Part shown: in pieces, positions 45,436 to 55,072 of the stretch
Layout: each line of letters starts with the position of its first letter
Numbering within the stretch: position 1 is the stretch's first letter
Origin: a virus
Strand: one strand, 5' to 3'
IMG/VR virus record: IMGVR_UViG_3300045988_182799
Length of the DNA stretch: 64,000 nucleotides
Translations under genes and position numbers: made by a program
Notes under the pieces: generated by a model
Told to the model about the DNA's origin: nothing
Database searches by the model: none
The model's input: only the letters and a program-made list of their open reading frames with translations

Positions 45436-46337
45436 TTATTTGTGATGGAGAGGTGCTGCTCCGAGTAATGCTGTCACATCAAACGACGATGCGTTATAGA
45501 CTGTCAGCTGTTTCTCAAGCGCGTATTTCACAGTATAAGCTGTGCCGCCTGTCTGCTTCGTGCAGTAAGAAATGCAATAGTCTGAGCAATCGACCAGATG
45601 CCTGTCACGGGTCAAGTAAGCACTCTTGCTCGGCTCTTTACTGACATAGACGATTTTGTCCATCTTTTTGTCTAAGTTCTTAGCATGGAGCTGCTGTTCT
45701 GGAGTCCATCGGTCGCGGTAGCCTTCAAAAGGAAGCACCTCGATGATGCGCAGGCGGCCGTTTTCTTTCCTACATATAGCAAATCCGAAGCAGGCAGTGG
45801 GAAAACTATCTTCTCGAAGTTCTGCCTATTGATGACCGTAATGGCATCCGGCTTTTTATAGTCCGAGCCGAGCTTTGCCATCGTCTTATTCCAACTGACT
45901 CCGACCGAACATGTGATACCGAGTTCGTCCTTGACGGTGTCGGAAATTTTCTTTGCTATCTCCTCACCTGTCCCAAAGAGAGACTGACTCGCTGTACAAT
46001 CGAGCCAGGCCTCGTCCAAACCAAACGGTTCGACTTGGTCGGTGTAGCGAAGGAAGATTTCTCTGGTATAGCCGCTGAATCGAGTGTATAGGTCATAGTG
46101 AGCCGGAACAAAGGTGATGTCTCTGCAATGTTGCTGTGCCTCCCAAAGCGGCATACCAGTTTTCACGCCCATCCGCTTGGCCGGATACGAAGCTGTCAAT
46201 ACGATGCCGCTCCGCCGTTCTGGGTCACCGCATACTGCAATCGGCTTGTCCCGTAATTCAGGATGGTAGGCCATCTCACAGCTGGCATAGAAACAGTTCA
46301 TATCGCAATGAAGGATGGCTCGCTCTTTTGCCATAAT
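45436..46337 (-). pseudogene. Y-family DNA polymerase N-terminal (palm/fingers) domain, truncated or frameshifted, followed by an out-of-frame 100-aa ORF
   Basis: From MAKERAILHCDMNCFYASCE...SGIVLTASYPAKRMGVKTGMP...LDEAWLDCT...CSVGVSWNKTMAKLGSDYKKP...VGKKTAA it is a clear Y-family polymerase. After KKTAA the frame degenerates into Cys/Ser-rich junk and stops ~120 aa short of a full polymerase. ORF 45436-45738 continues in another frame and overlaps by 67 nt. Confidence 0.55.
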
Positions 46338-46529
46338 ATACAACCTCAATTCGTACAGATGGTTCCTAATTCGCATATAACAACCGACTGTTGTTATTAT
46401 AGCCTATCAAGTGGTGGGATGCAAGGGGTATGGAAGAATTTGCCGTTTGCAATCCCATTAGTTACTCTACAACTGTGGAAGACCTTGACAAAAGAAAGAG
46501 AGGAGCTTGTTTGGCTCCCCTCTTTTACT

Positions 46530-48239
46530 TTATTCTGTGATATTCAGTTTTTTGAGTTCCTCGTATACGCTCTGCTCTACAAGGTTCAGCGATGTGACAT
46601 CACGGATGTAGCCTACCGGAACGCCTTTTCGTCCGGCAAGGTCTTTGATTGGCGTATACTCTTTATGGCCCATGCTGTCAGTCTTGAAAAGTACGGCGGC
46701 CGCACCGTCCAATTGCCTATCGGCCGTCATCGCCTTATCTTTCTCGACGACAGCAGCATCTGGGTATTTCTGAGCGAATTTGCCCATGATGTTTGGATGC
46801 CCACCAACGAAGACGATTTTCTTAGCCGAGAAGATTCTGGAAAGTTCCTCTTCATAGTTGATGTCTGGTTCCGCCGGGGCAGCCTCTACTCTTTCTTCGG
46901 CCGGTTGAGCTGGAAGCTGCTGCCGCAGCCTGGCGTTCTCTTCCCGCAGAGCTTTGAGTTGTTCCTCAAGGTCCATGATTTGCTTTTGCTGGGACTCGAC
47001 CTTGGATTGGATGCCTGCATAGCGATTCCTGGCATCTTCGGCCGCACGTTCTGCCGCATCGGCGCGGACCTTGTATTCCTTCAGAGACTCTTTCTGCTGT
47101 TTCAGCAGCTCACCGTCCCGTTCCATCTGTCGCTTGCACTTCTTCAGTTCATTGTTTAGGCGGGTCCCCTGCGGATTGAAGAAGTAGTCCTGTAATCCTT
47201 CCAGCACAGTTTTCTTCGTTTGCTCGCAAAGCATCGTATAGTAAGTAGCATTAAAGAGTGCAGTACGGAATATTTTCACTTTCTCTTTTGCTATCTGTAT
47301 GGTTTCGTCATCGTAAGCAGATTCGTTTTCTGCGTCAATCGCTTCCCATACCTTCTCAAGCGGTGCATCTACCTTATCGATACTGGCGGCCGTATAAGCA
47401 GCAACTGCCATGTGCATCAGCATTTCCTTGGACAGCACCTGCTTATCCATTCTTTGCTGGTTCATTACGCCGCTGGCCGTGAGTGTTGCTATAAGAGGCA
47501 TCTGGAGAGCATTTTCTTCATCGCGTTCAATGCCCGTTTTCCGGCGCATCGTATTGGAGTCGTTAATCCAGGTGGCACCGAAGCTCTTTGCCGCAAATCG
47601 CGGCCGTACTACGGTTCGATACAAATAGTCGTAGCGTTCCATGTAGCGAACCTTGGCAGTGGTATTGATATTACCCAACAGCATCATCGCCAAGAGTGCA
47701 TTGGTGTAGATGTCATTGCTGCAAGAATCGAAATTCTTGTATCGCGGTGCATATACCGCAAAGAAGGCTCTGGATGGCGGATTCAGTTTATGTTCTGTAA
47801 AAGCGTCATACGCTATGGTTTGCTTGCTCTTGTCGTCATCAGGGGTTGACTCTATCTTACTGTATACTGCTTCGAGCGCCTTCTCGTTAATCGCAGGCAA
47901 TTTTTCTTTCTTCGTGTTTTTCAGATAGGTTGATAGGAGGTCTTCGGTAAGCTGTGGCTTATCATCTTCGTCACTGCTTAGAATACATGCCAGGCATAGG
48001 ACTGCGTTGCGGCTCTGCACTGTATCTAAGCCTAATATGTATTGGAGCGTTTTCTCTCCGTGGCAGATTGCTTTGATATGCTTATCTACCTTATCCTGAT
48101 GCTCACTGTAGTATTTGCCGGACAACTCTATGCACGCTTTGCTTCGGCTCGCAAATAGCGCCATGCGTTCGGCGTACTTATCGTACAATGCGCCCACTGT
48201 CATGGTCTCCGGGATGTTGTTCTTTGCCACGTCATTCAC
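46530..48239 (-). CDS. large coiled-coil protein with conserved C-terminal domain (paralogous architecture to 49828-51975)
   Basis: Central coiled coil (KQQKESLKEYKVRADAAERAAEDARNRY...LREENARLRQQL) and C-terminal KKIVFVGGHPNIMGKFAQKYPDAAVVE...AAAVLFKTDSMGHKEY...GYIRDVTSLN. Confidence 0.65.
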   Translation of the reverse strand: MNDVAKNNIPETMTVGALYDKYAERMALFASRSKACIELSGKYYSEHQDKVDKHIKAICHGEKTLQYILGLDTVQSRNAVLCLACILSSDEDDKPQLTEDLLSTYLKNTKKEKLPAINEKALEAVYSKIESTPDDDKSKQTIAYDAFTEHKLNPPSRAFFAVYAPRYKNFDSCSNDIYTNALLAMMLLGNINTTAKVRYMERYDYLYRTVVRPRFAAKSFGATWINDSNTMRRKTGIERDEENALQMPLIATLTASGVMNQQRMDKQVLSKEMLMHMAVAAYTAASIDKVDAPLEKVWEAIDAENESAYDDETIQIAKEKVKIFRTALFNATYYTMLCEQTKKTVLEGLQDYFFNPQGTRLNNELKKCKRQMERDGELLKQQKESLKEYKVRADAAERAAEDARNRYAGIQSKVESQQKQIMDLEEQLKALREENARLRQQLPAQPAEERVEAAPAEPDINYEEELSRIFSAKKIVFVGGHPNIMGKFAQKYPDAAVVEKDKAMTADRQLDGAAAVLFKTDSMGHKEYTPIKDLAGRKGVPVGYIRDVTSLNLVEQSVYEELKKLNITE

Positions 48240-48315
48240 TCCTTTTCTATCTGTATTATATCAATCACGGTATCAACAACCAATGTTGGCGGCAAGAATG
48301 TTACAGATTCTTCAG

Positions 48316-48765
48316 TTATTCTTTGATAAACGCCCATAAGTTAGGCAATTGAAGAGTCGTGCGGAGGTAATCTGAAAGCTCTTTGTTCTGGTCAAGACCT
48401 ATACGGCCACGGAAGAGATATTGTTCCCCCACATCGTTTGTCAGGGTCAGATACCAGCGGTCGGTGTGTTGCGCTTCATCTGTTTGCAGGAACATCGGCA
48501 AATGATGTTTTACTTTCGCGAGCACGGAATGTATTGCATCAGCCGGTAGATGATGGATGGTGTAGTGGTCCCGAACCGGTTCGTCTTCATCCAGGTATTC
48601 AAGTTGTTCGAGATATACATGACCTCCCTGCTCTGCTACAATAAGTCGCTGTTCTGATTCTTTGTTCGGTTCAGTATCAAGGCTTAGCCTTGTGCAGGTA
48701 GTACGAAGCTGCAATCTGATGATGTTTCCCTCGAATTGCTTCGAGTTATGGTCTGTAAATGCCAT
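48316..48765 (-). CDS. hypothetical protein (149 aa)
   Basis: Intact ORF between the two coiled-coil genes. Confidence 0.55.
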   Translation of the reverse strand: MAFTDHNSKQFEGNIIRLQLRTTCTRLSLDTEPNKESEQRLIVAEQGGHVYLEQLEYLDEDEPVRDHYTIHHLPADAIHSVLAKVKHHLPMFLQTDEAQHTDRWYLTLTNDVGEQYLFRGRIGLDQNKELSDYLRTTLQLPNLWAFIKE

Positions 48766-48876
48766 GAATATGCCTCTTTCTGAGTATGATGCGTCTCTGT
48801 ATAGTTTATCGCCCTATGCACAACTCGTTTTCATTTTCCGCATGACGATGCCTGTATTTATGGCGCGTAGCGTGCT

Positions 48877-49683
48877 TTATGGTTTGCGGCTCTCAATGCT
48901 TTTCTTCGCACGCTGATAAGCCGTGTCAAACTCTCTTTGTTTCTTCTCTCTCATAACATCTGAAAAGAGAATCAAGTTCTTGCGCTGCTCCGCTTGTCCA
49001 TCATTGGGGAAGCCTTCAAAGGTCAGTTTGCAGTCGAGGGCCATCTCTAAGCTGACGATACGCGAATAGTCCTTATTGAGTGGGAGCTCGTGCTCTTCGT
49101 CATCCAAGAGCAGGATGCTGTAGAGCCATCTGGCCGGTCCTTCGACAAAGTCGAGGTCAATCTTCGTGTCGAACAGTTCTTCGCCTGGGAACAACGGTGA
49201 TTCGACTTTCGGACATTCTTCATCGAAGCCGAAATTATAAATCAGCTCGCAGTAAGGTGATGCGGGTGTTATCGTGCAGCGGTATTTTTCAGTCGGAAAG
49301 GCAATGCACTGTGTTAGAGTGTAGGCAAATGGCCCGGCGCTGCGAGTTGCAAGGTTGAAGTATTCCGCCCAGGCATTGAGGTCTGTTGTTAGATAGGAAA
49401 TCGCTGCTTCCTGTATTTGCTTGATAGCATCCTTTCGGTTCGCATTCAGAAGCCCGCCTTCCGGGGCCTCTTTGCCCTGCTGCATCTGGAAGCCTTCTGC
49501 TTCGTCGTAGGAGGCTTTCAACTTTCCAGCTTTGATTTCAAGACGAGAGAATCCAAAGGCTCCATCATAGTGCAGAAAGCTGTACTTCCGTGTGTCGATA
49601 TAAAGTGTTCCTTTGATGATAAACTCTGTGTCATAGAAGCCTATATGGTGGTAGCCGGAAACTTCCGTACGGATGATACTCAT
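48877..49683 (-). CDS. hypothetical protein (268 aa)
   Basis: Intact ORF between the two coiled-coil genes. Confidence 0.55.
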   Translation of the reverse strand: MSIIRTEVSGYHHIGFYDTEFIIKGTLYIDTRKYSFLHYDGAFGFSRLEIKAGKLKASYDEAEGFQMQQGKEAPEGGLLNANRKDAIKQIQEAAISYLTTDLNAWAEYFNLATRSAGPFAYTLTQCIAFPTEKYRCTITPASPYCELIYNFGFDEECPKVESPLFPGEELFDTKIDLDFVEGPARWLYSILLLDDEEHELPLNKDYSRIVSLEMALDCKLTFEGFPNDGQAEQRKNLILFSDVMREKKQREFDTAYQRAKKSIESRKP

Positions 49684-49827
49684 ACCAATACCCTCTTTTG
49701 ATTTTTAAGAAACAGAGATTTTTTCAGAGAAAATTTTCAAAATTGCGAAAGCGGCTTGTAGCAAAGATTTAGCAAGTATTAGCAAGTTCGTAGATAGTTT
49801 GTTCTGAACTGAAGCAAGTAACGGCTT

Positions 49828-51975
49828 TTATTGTTGCTGGTCCGCATTGACTACCTGCTCTGCGCATTTTGCAGCGGAGGCGGAAGTGAAATAACGCAGC
49901 GGGATGTTCTTGCTGCGGACAATGTCGATGATTTTGTAGAAAGCCTTATGGGAGAGGTAGTTGGTTTGCAGCCATACGATGTCCGCACCTTTGATTTGTT
50001 CAGTGCTCGGAACTCCATCCACGAATTTCACATCCGGCACCATCGGCCGTATTGCCTTCAGCCAGGAAGGATGTCCGCCAAAGACGATGTGCTTCTTGGT
50101 GGTGTGGTACGGGAACGCTACCTGCGTCTTGGTATCTTTCCTGGCGGCAGAGTCTGCGTCATTGGTCAGCGCAAACACCAGCTCACGAAGGTCGTTCAGT
50201 TCTTGCTTTTCTTTCTCGTGTTCTACAGAAGCCTTCTCTATGGCAGTAGTTAGTTCACTGATTGTCTTTTCGGCTTTATAGAGTCCCTGCTTATTCTTTT
50301 CATACTTATTCTTGAGCTTCTCAATCTCTGCTTCATACGCATCGCATTTGGCACGTAGAGCATCGCACTCATCTTTTGTGTCGTTGGGAAAATCGATGCG
50401 GCCTTTTAGGTTGGACAGTAGAGATATGTATGCGGCGTATACAGCTCTACCTTCTGGCGCTGTCACACCCAAATCGGCAAGTGTTGCTTCTATCGGGTCT
50501 GCGCTGGCTGTGTTACGTGGAACGAGGACTCCATCGGTATAGGTGTATACGGCGGCCGCCGGGGTCATACGCACGGGAGTCTTTGCGTCTGCACCTTCTT
50601 GTTGTACCAAGGACATCGTATTCCAGCAGATTGGCACAACACTACTATCGCTTGTTAGGTTGTCTTCCATCAGATGGAGCTTGGCTGTATTGGCATCAAT
50701 ATAGAAAGCGGTTTGACCTGTTGCATCCACGCATTGTTTGACTGCTCCTCCACACCACGGTAGTTGTGCCGCTGCGTGGGAGAGAAGCACACAGGATGGA
50801 TAGTAAAGCCACGGAAGATTATCGCCGTTATCTATCATGTAATAGAATGCGAAGCATACTGCATACGGGTCCATGACTTCAAACATCACCGCACGCTTTG
50901 CTACTGCTGACGAATATTTCTTTGCCCATGTTTCTTTCGTCCAATAGGCACATTCGGCACTATCATAAGCAAAGTCTCTTTCCAACTCGTTGAGCTTTTG
51001 GAGCTTGGTTTGCATTGCCTCTAACTTTGCAACGATAGTTTCTCCGCGTTCTGCAATAGAATGGAGCCCGATTGTCATTTCTGTTTTTGTACCGACTCCA
51101 GGCATATTATTTTTAGCAAGCGGCAGGGCTTTTGCTTTGACCATAGAATGCGTCTTTTGGGAAAAAGCATTTGCTTCATCGCTCACTTTATTAAGCTCGT
51201 CATCAAGGCGATGGATTTCATCCAGACATTTCTTCTCTTCCTTGACCCACTTGGAGCGGCAACAGAAATAACGACTTATGGCTCCCCTTACCTGTATGGC
51301 ATACATATTTACAGCATTATCGACCTTATCTTCTGGGAGCAAGCCAACAATGGCATCAAACACATTTCTGGACGGTACATTCTGATGCTGCTTACCCGCA
51401 ACGGTATAGCTATCAGTGACAGGATACTTGAGCGGAGGCTTCTCCGGGTTATTGATGCCAACACAGTCCTCGTTTCGATGCAGAATGATATAAACCATAC
51501 TGCGAATCACAGCTTCACTATAGCAAGGAGATACACAAGACGGTAGTTCGATAGATGCGAGCTGTTCCTCGTCTTTTGGCAACAAAGCGAGTGCTTCATC
51601 CATCTTGTGGTTCGCTCTGATGGCATCCAGCATCCAGATAGCAGCGGCGAGCGAGTAATTGAACTGTCGCTCGCCTATGTTGAACGGAGGAGTCATCACC
51701 ATATTCAGGCGGACCCATTCGTCCTCGTATCGCACCTCAAGGTCTTCCGGTATATATTCTTTGGCAATAGCTACTGCCATATCTCGTGTTTCGGCAATGG
51801 CTTCTACTCGCCTATCTATTGTTTTATTGTCAATGTCAAACTCAAAGGCAACGCTTGGGTCCTTCTCCATCTCGCCGCCGAATCCGGCTATATTTTTAAG
51901 TAGCGCTCGTTTGCATCGTTCTTTGAAGCTGCCGGTTGGCTTCTTGCTATTGCGTTTTGCCTTGCCTTTGCCCAT
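49828..51975 (-). CDS. large coiled-coil protein with the same C-terminal domain as 46530-48239
   Basis: Start at MGKGKAKRN (RBS AAAGGAGAA). Coiled coil AKCDAYEAEIEKLKNKYEKNKQGLYKAEKTISELTTAIEKASVEHEKEKQELNDLREL, then KKHIVFGGHPSWLKAIRPMVPDVKFVDG...ADIVWLQTNYLSHKAFYKII. Confidence 0.65.
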   Translation of the reverse strand: MGKGKAKRNSKKPTGSFKERCKRALLKNIAGFGGEMEKDPSVAFEFDIDNKTIDRRVEAIAETRDMAVAIAKEYIPEDLEVRYEDEWVRLNMVMTPPFNIGERQFNYSLAAAIWMLDAIRANHKMDEALALLPKDEEQLASIELPSCVSPCYSEAVIRSMVYIILHRNEDCVGINNPEKPPLKYPVTDSYTVAGKQHQNVPSRNVFDAIVGLLPEDKVDNAVNMYAIQVRGAISRYFCCRSKWVKEEKKCLDEIHRLDDELNKVSDEANAFSQKTHSMVKAKALPLAKNNMPGVGTKTEMTIGLHSIAERGETIVAKLEAMQTKLQKLNELERDFAYDSAECAYWTKETWAKKYSSAVAKRAVMFEVMDPYAVCFAFYYMIDNGDNLPWLYYPSCVLLSHAAAQLPWCGGAVKQCVDATGQTAFYIDANTAKLHLMEDNLTSDSSVVPICWNTMSLVQQEGADAKTPVRMTPAAAVYTYTDGVLVPRNTASADPIEATLADLGVTAPEGRAVYAAYISLLSNLKGRIDFPNDTKDECDALRAKCDAYEAEIEKLKNKYEKNKQGLYKAEKTISELTTAIEKASVEHEKEKQELNDLRELVFALTNDADSAARKDTKTQVAFPYHTTKKHIVFGGHPSWLKAIRPMVPDVKFVDGVPSTEQIKGADIVWLQTNYLSHKAFYKIIDIVRSKNIPLRYFTSASAAKCAEQVVNADQQQ

Positions 51976-52020
51976 CGTGTTCTCCTTTGTCTGGGTTGCG
52001 CCAGATTTCTCTAATATAAC

Positions 52021-52049
52021 ATTATACGACATGTTGCGGTATTTATCAA
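52021..52049 (-). promoter_or_regulatory. canonical sigma70 promoter (TTGATA-17-TATAAT)
   Basis: Perfect -10 with a 17-nt spacer. Does not carry the family core. Confidence 0.55.
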
Positions 52050-52310
52050 TCGCTACACTTTTCCGTGTGCGGCAAGCTTCACATTTTCCCGGCGAGTTTT
52101 TGCTGATTCCGGCACTTTTTGCAGCGAGTTTTGTTCTGCGGCTCGGGATTCATGTGAGCACTGCGCTCTGCACCCATATAGAGCATCTCACTGTCTGTTT
52201 CTTGGCAGACTGTTCTGATGCGAGAGCTGGCATGGCTTGCCCGCCATGAAGCGTGTGCCGGTTGTACTGGACCATGCCCCCTTGCCGTGGTTCATCCAGC
52301 ACAAAGAAAA

Positions 52311-52370
52311 CTTACACGCCGTGCAACAGGATTCGCCTATAGCTTACACGCGTGTAACTATTCGTGTAAG
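52311..52370. promoter_or_regulatory. operator-like cluster: four TTACACG half-sites, two forming the perfect palindrome TTACACGCGTGTAA
   Basis: CTTACACG (52311), TTACACGCGTGTAA (52344-52357), CGTGTAAG (52363). Located in a 490-nt non-coding region. Confidence 0.4.
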
Positions 52371-52463
52371 TCACAGCATTATTATTCCCTTTGGTTTCCC
52401 TTCACAGCGCCACAAAGCTGCCTGCTACGAGGTTCTGAGCGTTTAGTCCGACATTCTTCCCGT

Positions 52464-52511
52464 ACAACAAGAAAAGCACGCCACAGAAGCCCGTAGGCCC
52501 CTATGACGTGC
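52464..52511 (-). terminator. intrinsic terminator after the phosphoesterase pair
   Basis: Minus strand GCACGTCATAGGGGCCTACGGGCTTCTGTGGCGTGC hairpin followed by TTTTCTTGTTG. Confidence 0.4.
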
Positions 52512-52521
52512 GTATCGTTAT

Positions 52522-53364
52522 TTAGAGATAGTTAGATGGCTTAATGACGGATACTCCGTATGGAGATGTATCAATGTCGAGGTATGTGCAGCCGGAGTTG
52601 GGTCTATCCATCCGAGTGATTTCTTTATGAGGGATGTGTCCAAAAATATAGAGCGTATCCCGATGACCGGTCAGCATTTCGTCTTTATCATAATCAAAGA
52701 CTCGACCGAACGGATTGTTGTGTGTCACTACGACTTGTTTGAATCGAGAGCCAGGCGGAGGTGTGATGTTGAGTTCCTGTGCCTGATTCTCGAAGATAAC
52801 TTCAAAGTTCTCTCTCGTCTTTTTCGTACCAGACAGGTACTCGTAGATGGTATGCTCTGCTTCATACGGTGTGCCACACATATTGTCGAGCAAGTATACG
52901 ACCATCTGCCAAAGCCCATCATTCTCCCACGCGAGAGTATAAGTGATGAAGAGCTTCTGCCACCCGGCGAATGTATGAGGTCTTGCGGCGAGAATCTTCT
53001 TTCTTTCCTCCATGCTGCATCTGAGCGTTTCGAGTTCTTCTTTTGTTCTGAAGATGTGCTCTCCTTGCTTGTAGTGTAGGAAGACCCAGGCTGCGAGCTT
53101 TCTGACGGTCGGAGACTGTGCGAGTGCTTTATAGTATCGAAGCATCTGCCTATGTTCGTATTCGTGGTTGCCAAGAACGAGATGGACTGTATCTGGATGT
53201 TCCGCAATGAAGTTGACGACCTTTGCGTTTTCCTTGCCACGGTCTACTACATCACCAACGAAGACGAGCTTGTCGGTTCCTTCATTCCATCCGGCGGCCA
53301 TGAGGGATTCGATGAGACCTTTGTAGTTCCCATGCACATCTCCTGCCACATAGATGTCGCTCAT
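52522..53364 (-). CDS. calcineurin-like metallophosphoesterase (PPP-type phosphatase fold)
   Basis: Motifs GDVHG, GDVVDRG, GNHE and a later HG/GH pair. The start overlaps the upstream gene (ATGA). Confidence 0.75.
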   Translation of the reverse strand: MSDIYVAGDVHGNYKGLIESLMAAGWNEGTDKLVFVGDVVDRGKENAKVVNFIAEHPDTVHLVLGNHEYEHRQMLRYYKALAQSPTVRKLAAWVFLHYKQGEHIFRTKEELETLRCSMEERKKILAARPHTFAGWQKLFITYTLAWENDGLWQMVVYLLDNMCGTPYEAEHTIYEYLSGTKKTRENFEVIFENQAQELNITPPPGSRFKQVVVTHNNPFGRVFDYDKDEMLTGHRDTLYIFGHIPHKEITRMDRPNSGCTYLDIDTSPYGVSVIKPSNYL

Positions 53365-54149
53365 TGGTTATCACCTTCTTTCCCAAAGTCGTCCGTGTTT
53401 ATTTCCGCAATCTGGTTGTACAGCACTCTGAGCTTGTACATCGGTTTATCGATGTCTTGGTGCATGTGGCCGCAACACCATTGTTTAAACTTCACCCGGC
53501 GGTAAATTTCATCAAGGTATACGCCAGTCGGGTCGTGAATCGGGCTGATGTCTCTGAAATAGATTGGCATGAGCATCTGTGGAAGCATGTGCGTCAGGAT
53601 GATGTCTACTTTATTCCCATGCTCATCCAATGCGTCAAGACCGTGCCACATCTCTTTCTGAGATGGGACTTCTTCCCTCCACCAAGTGACGCCTTCTGTA
53701 CGGTATGCTTTATCGATAGACTCTGCACCTCCCATACACCATACAGTTATACCATCAATCGTGTAGTATTCGCCGCGCATCAGGTGGATGACATTCGGTG
53801 CTTCCGGCAGGCGTTGAATCAAGCCGCCGTTCCACCGTTCAGTAGGCTGCTCTGCCCAGAAGGTGTGGTTATCGTGGTTACCATCAATGAAGAGGATATT
53901 GCAAGGAAAAGACTTCATCCAGTCGGTGTACATCTGGTACGCTCGCGCTGACTTGATACAGTGTTGCGGCATGTCCAGTGTCTTGAGGTCGTCCGCCGGA
54001 ATGCGGTCTGTTGGAAAGAACGGAAATCCGAAGTCTCCACAAACAACAATTACATCCTCCTTTGTGAGGTTGCGGTCAAGAAACCGTTTCGGATTGATTT
54101 TGGAAATCTCATCTGGTCCATGTGTATCGCCAAAAATATGAAGAAGCAT
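53361..54149 (-). CDS. second metallophosphoesterase
   Basis: Motifs GDTHG, GDFG, DGNHD and GHMH. Confidence 0.75.
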   Translation of the reverse strand: MLLHIFGDTHGPDEISKINPKRFLDRNLTKEDVIVVCGDFGFPFFPTDRIPADDLKTLDMPQHCIKSARAYQMYTDWMKSFPCNILFIDGNHDNHTFWAEQPTERWNGGLIQRLPEAPNVIHLMRGEYYTIDGITVWCMGGAESIDKAYRTEGVTWWREEVPSQKEMWHGLDALDEHGNKVDIILTHMLPQMLMPIYFRDISPIHDPTGVYLDEIYRRVKFKQWCCGHMHQDIDKPMYKLRVLYNQIAEINTDDFGKEGDNQ

Positions 54150-54208
54150 CCATCGTCATCTCCTTTCTGCTCTGGGTTGATTTTGTTCTGGATGAATTAT
54201 CGGGTGCC

Positions 54209-54967
54209 TCACAGCATCGCGAGCAGTTTCTCTGCTTCATGGTTTTCCTTGTAGGCCGCAATCGCCATATTCCGCCGGTCTTTCTCCTGCTCTTCTTCGG
54301 GATACCAGTCTTCTGTATAGTCGTCGCCCAGCAGCTTCTTTACGACTTCCTCGAACGGAATGCCTTTGCTGGGTTCGCCGTTTTCAGCGAGGTCTTTCTT
54401 TGTTTCCTCAAGGTTCGCGTCGATTTCAGCTTTGGCGTTCTCTATACCTTTAGGTTCGATACCAAAAAAGGTCATTTCCCACAACACGCGGGAAAGGCAC
54501 CACTCAAGGCCGTAGATATAGATACTGGACGGTGCCAGCTTCCAGCTGAGAATCTCTTCCCAGCTGCAAAATTCAAAAGCGTATTGAGTCGGCAGGTCCT
54601 GCTTCATTACGGCCGCCATGATGTCATCGGTGCTCATAAAGGTAAGCATCTCATCGCTGATGGCTTCAGCTTCAGATACTTTCGTGTGCTTCTCTTTCCA
54701 GGCACGGAGGTCACTGGCTTCGATGCAGACGGTGTCATCTCCCACGTCACCAAAGCCCTTGCAAACGAAGAGCAGTTTCTGCTCCGGCTCTACTTTCAGG
54801 GTGAGCGTCTTCATGCGCATGAATGCAGCATTGACCTCTTCCTTAGCATCTGCGAGCCGGTCACGCTCCTCGCCGCCACTGTGATACATAGCTGCAAACT
54901 CCGCAGCCAGCTTGTCTACGTCACAGTGCATGAATGCCTGATAGGTGTTCTCAAAGTTCGTGGTCAT
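54209..54967 (-). CDS. acidic hypothetical protein (252 aa)
   Basis: Intact ORF. Confidence 0.55.
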   Translation of the reverse strand: MTTNFENTYQAFMHCDVDKLAAEFAAMYHSGGEERDRLADAKEEVNAAFMRMKTLTLKVEPEQKLLFVCKGFGDVGDDTVCIEASDLRAWKEKHTKVSEAEAISDEMLTFMSTDDIMAAVMKQDLPTQYAFEFCSWEEILSWKLAPSSIYIYGLEWCLSRVLWEMTFFGIEPKGIENAKAEIDANLEETKKDLAENGEPSKGIPFEEVVKKLLGDDYTEDWYPEEEQEKDRRNMAIAAYKENHEAEKLLAML

Positions 54968-55072
54968 AATTGCCTTTCCGGCTGTTCACTTCAGCCCAAT
55001 TCTTGTGTATTCCAAAGTGCTGCTTTATAGTTCTTGATGAACTTATATCAGGCAACAGCTTCATCCCATCTC

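Noticed and set aside
46345-46372. Possible LexA/Cheo box (GAACCATCTGTAC) upstream of the Y-family polymerase gene
   Set aside because: Cheo consensus is GAAC-N4-GTTC. This site needs N5 and has GTAC, so it is not a convincing SOS box. The two GCGAATT(G/A) family cores explain the conservation better.
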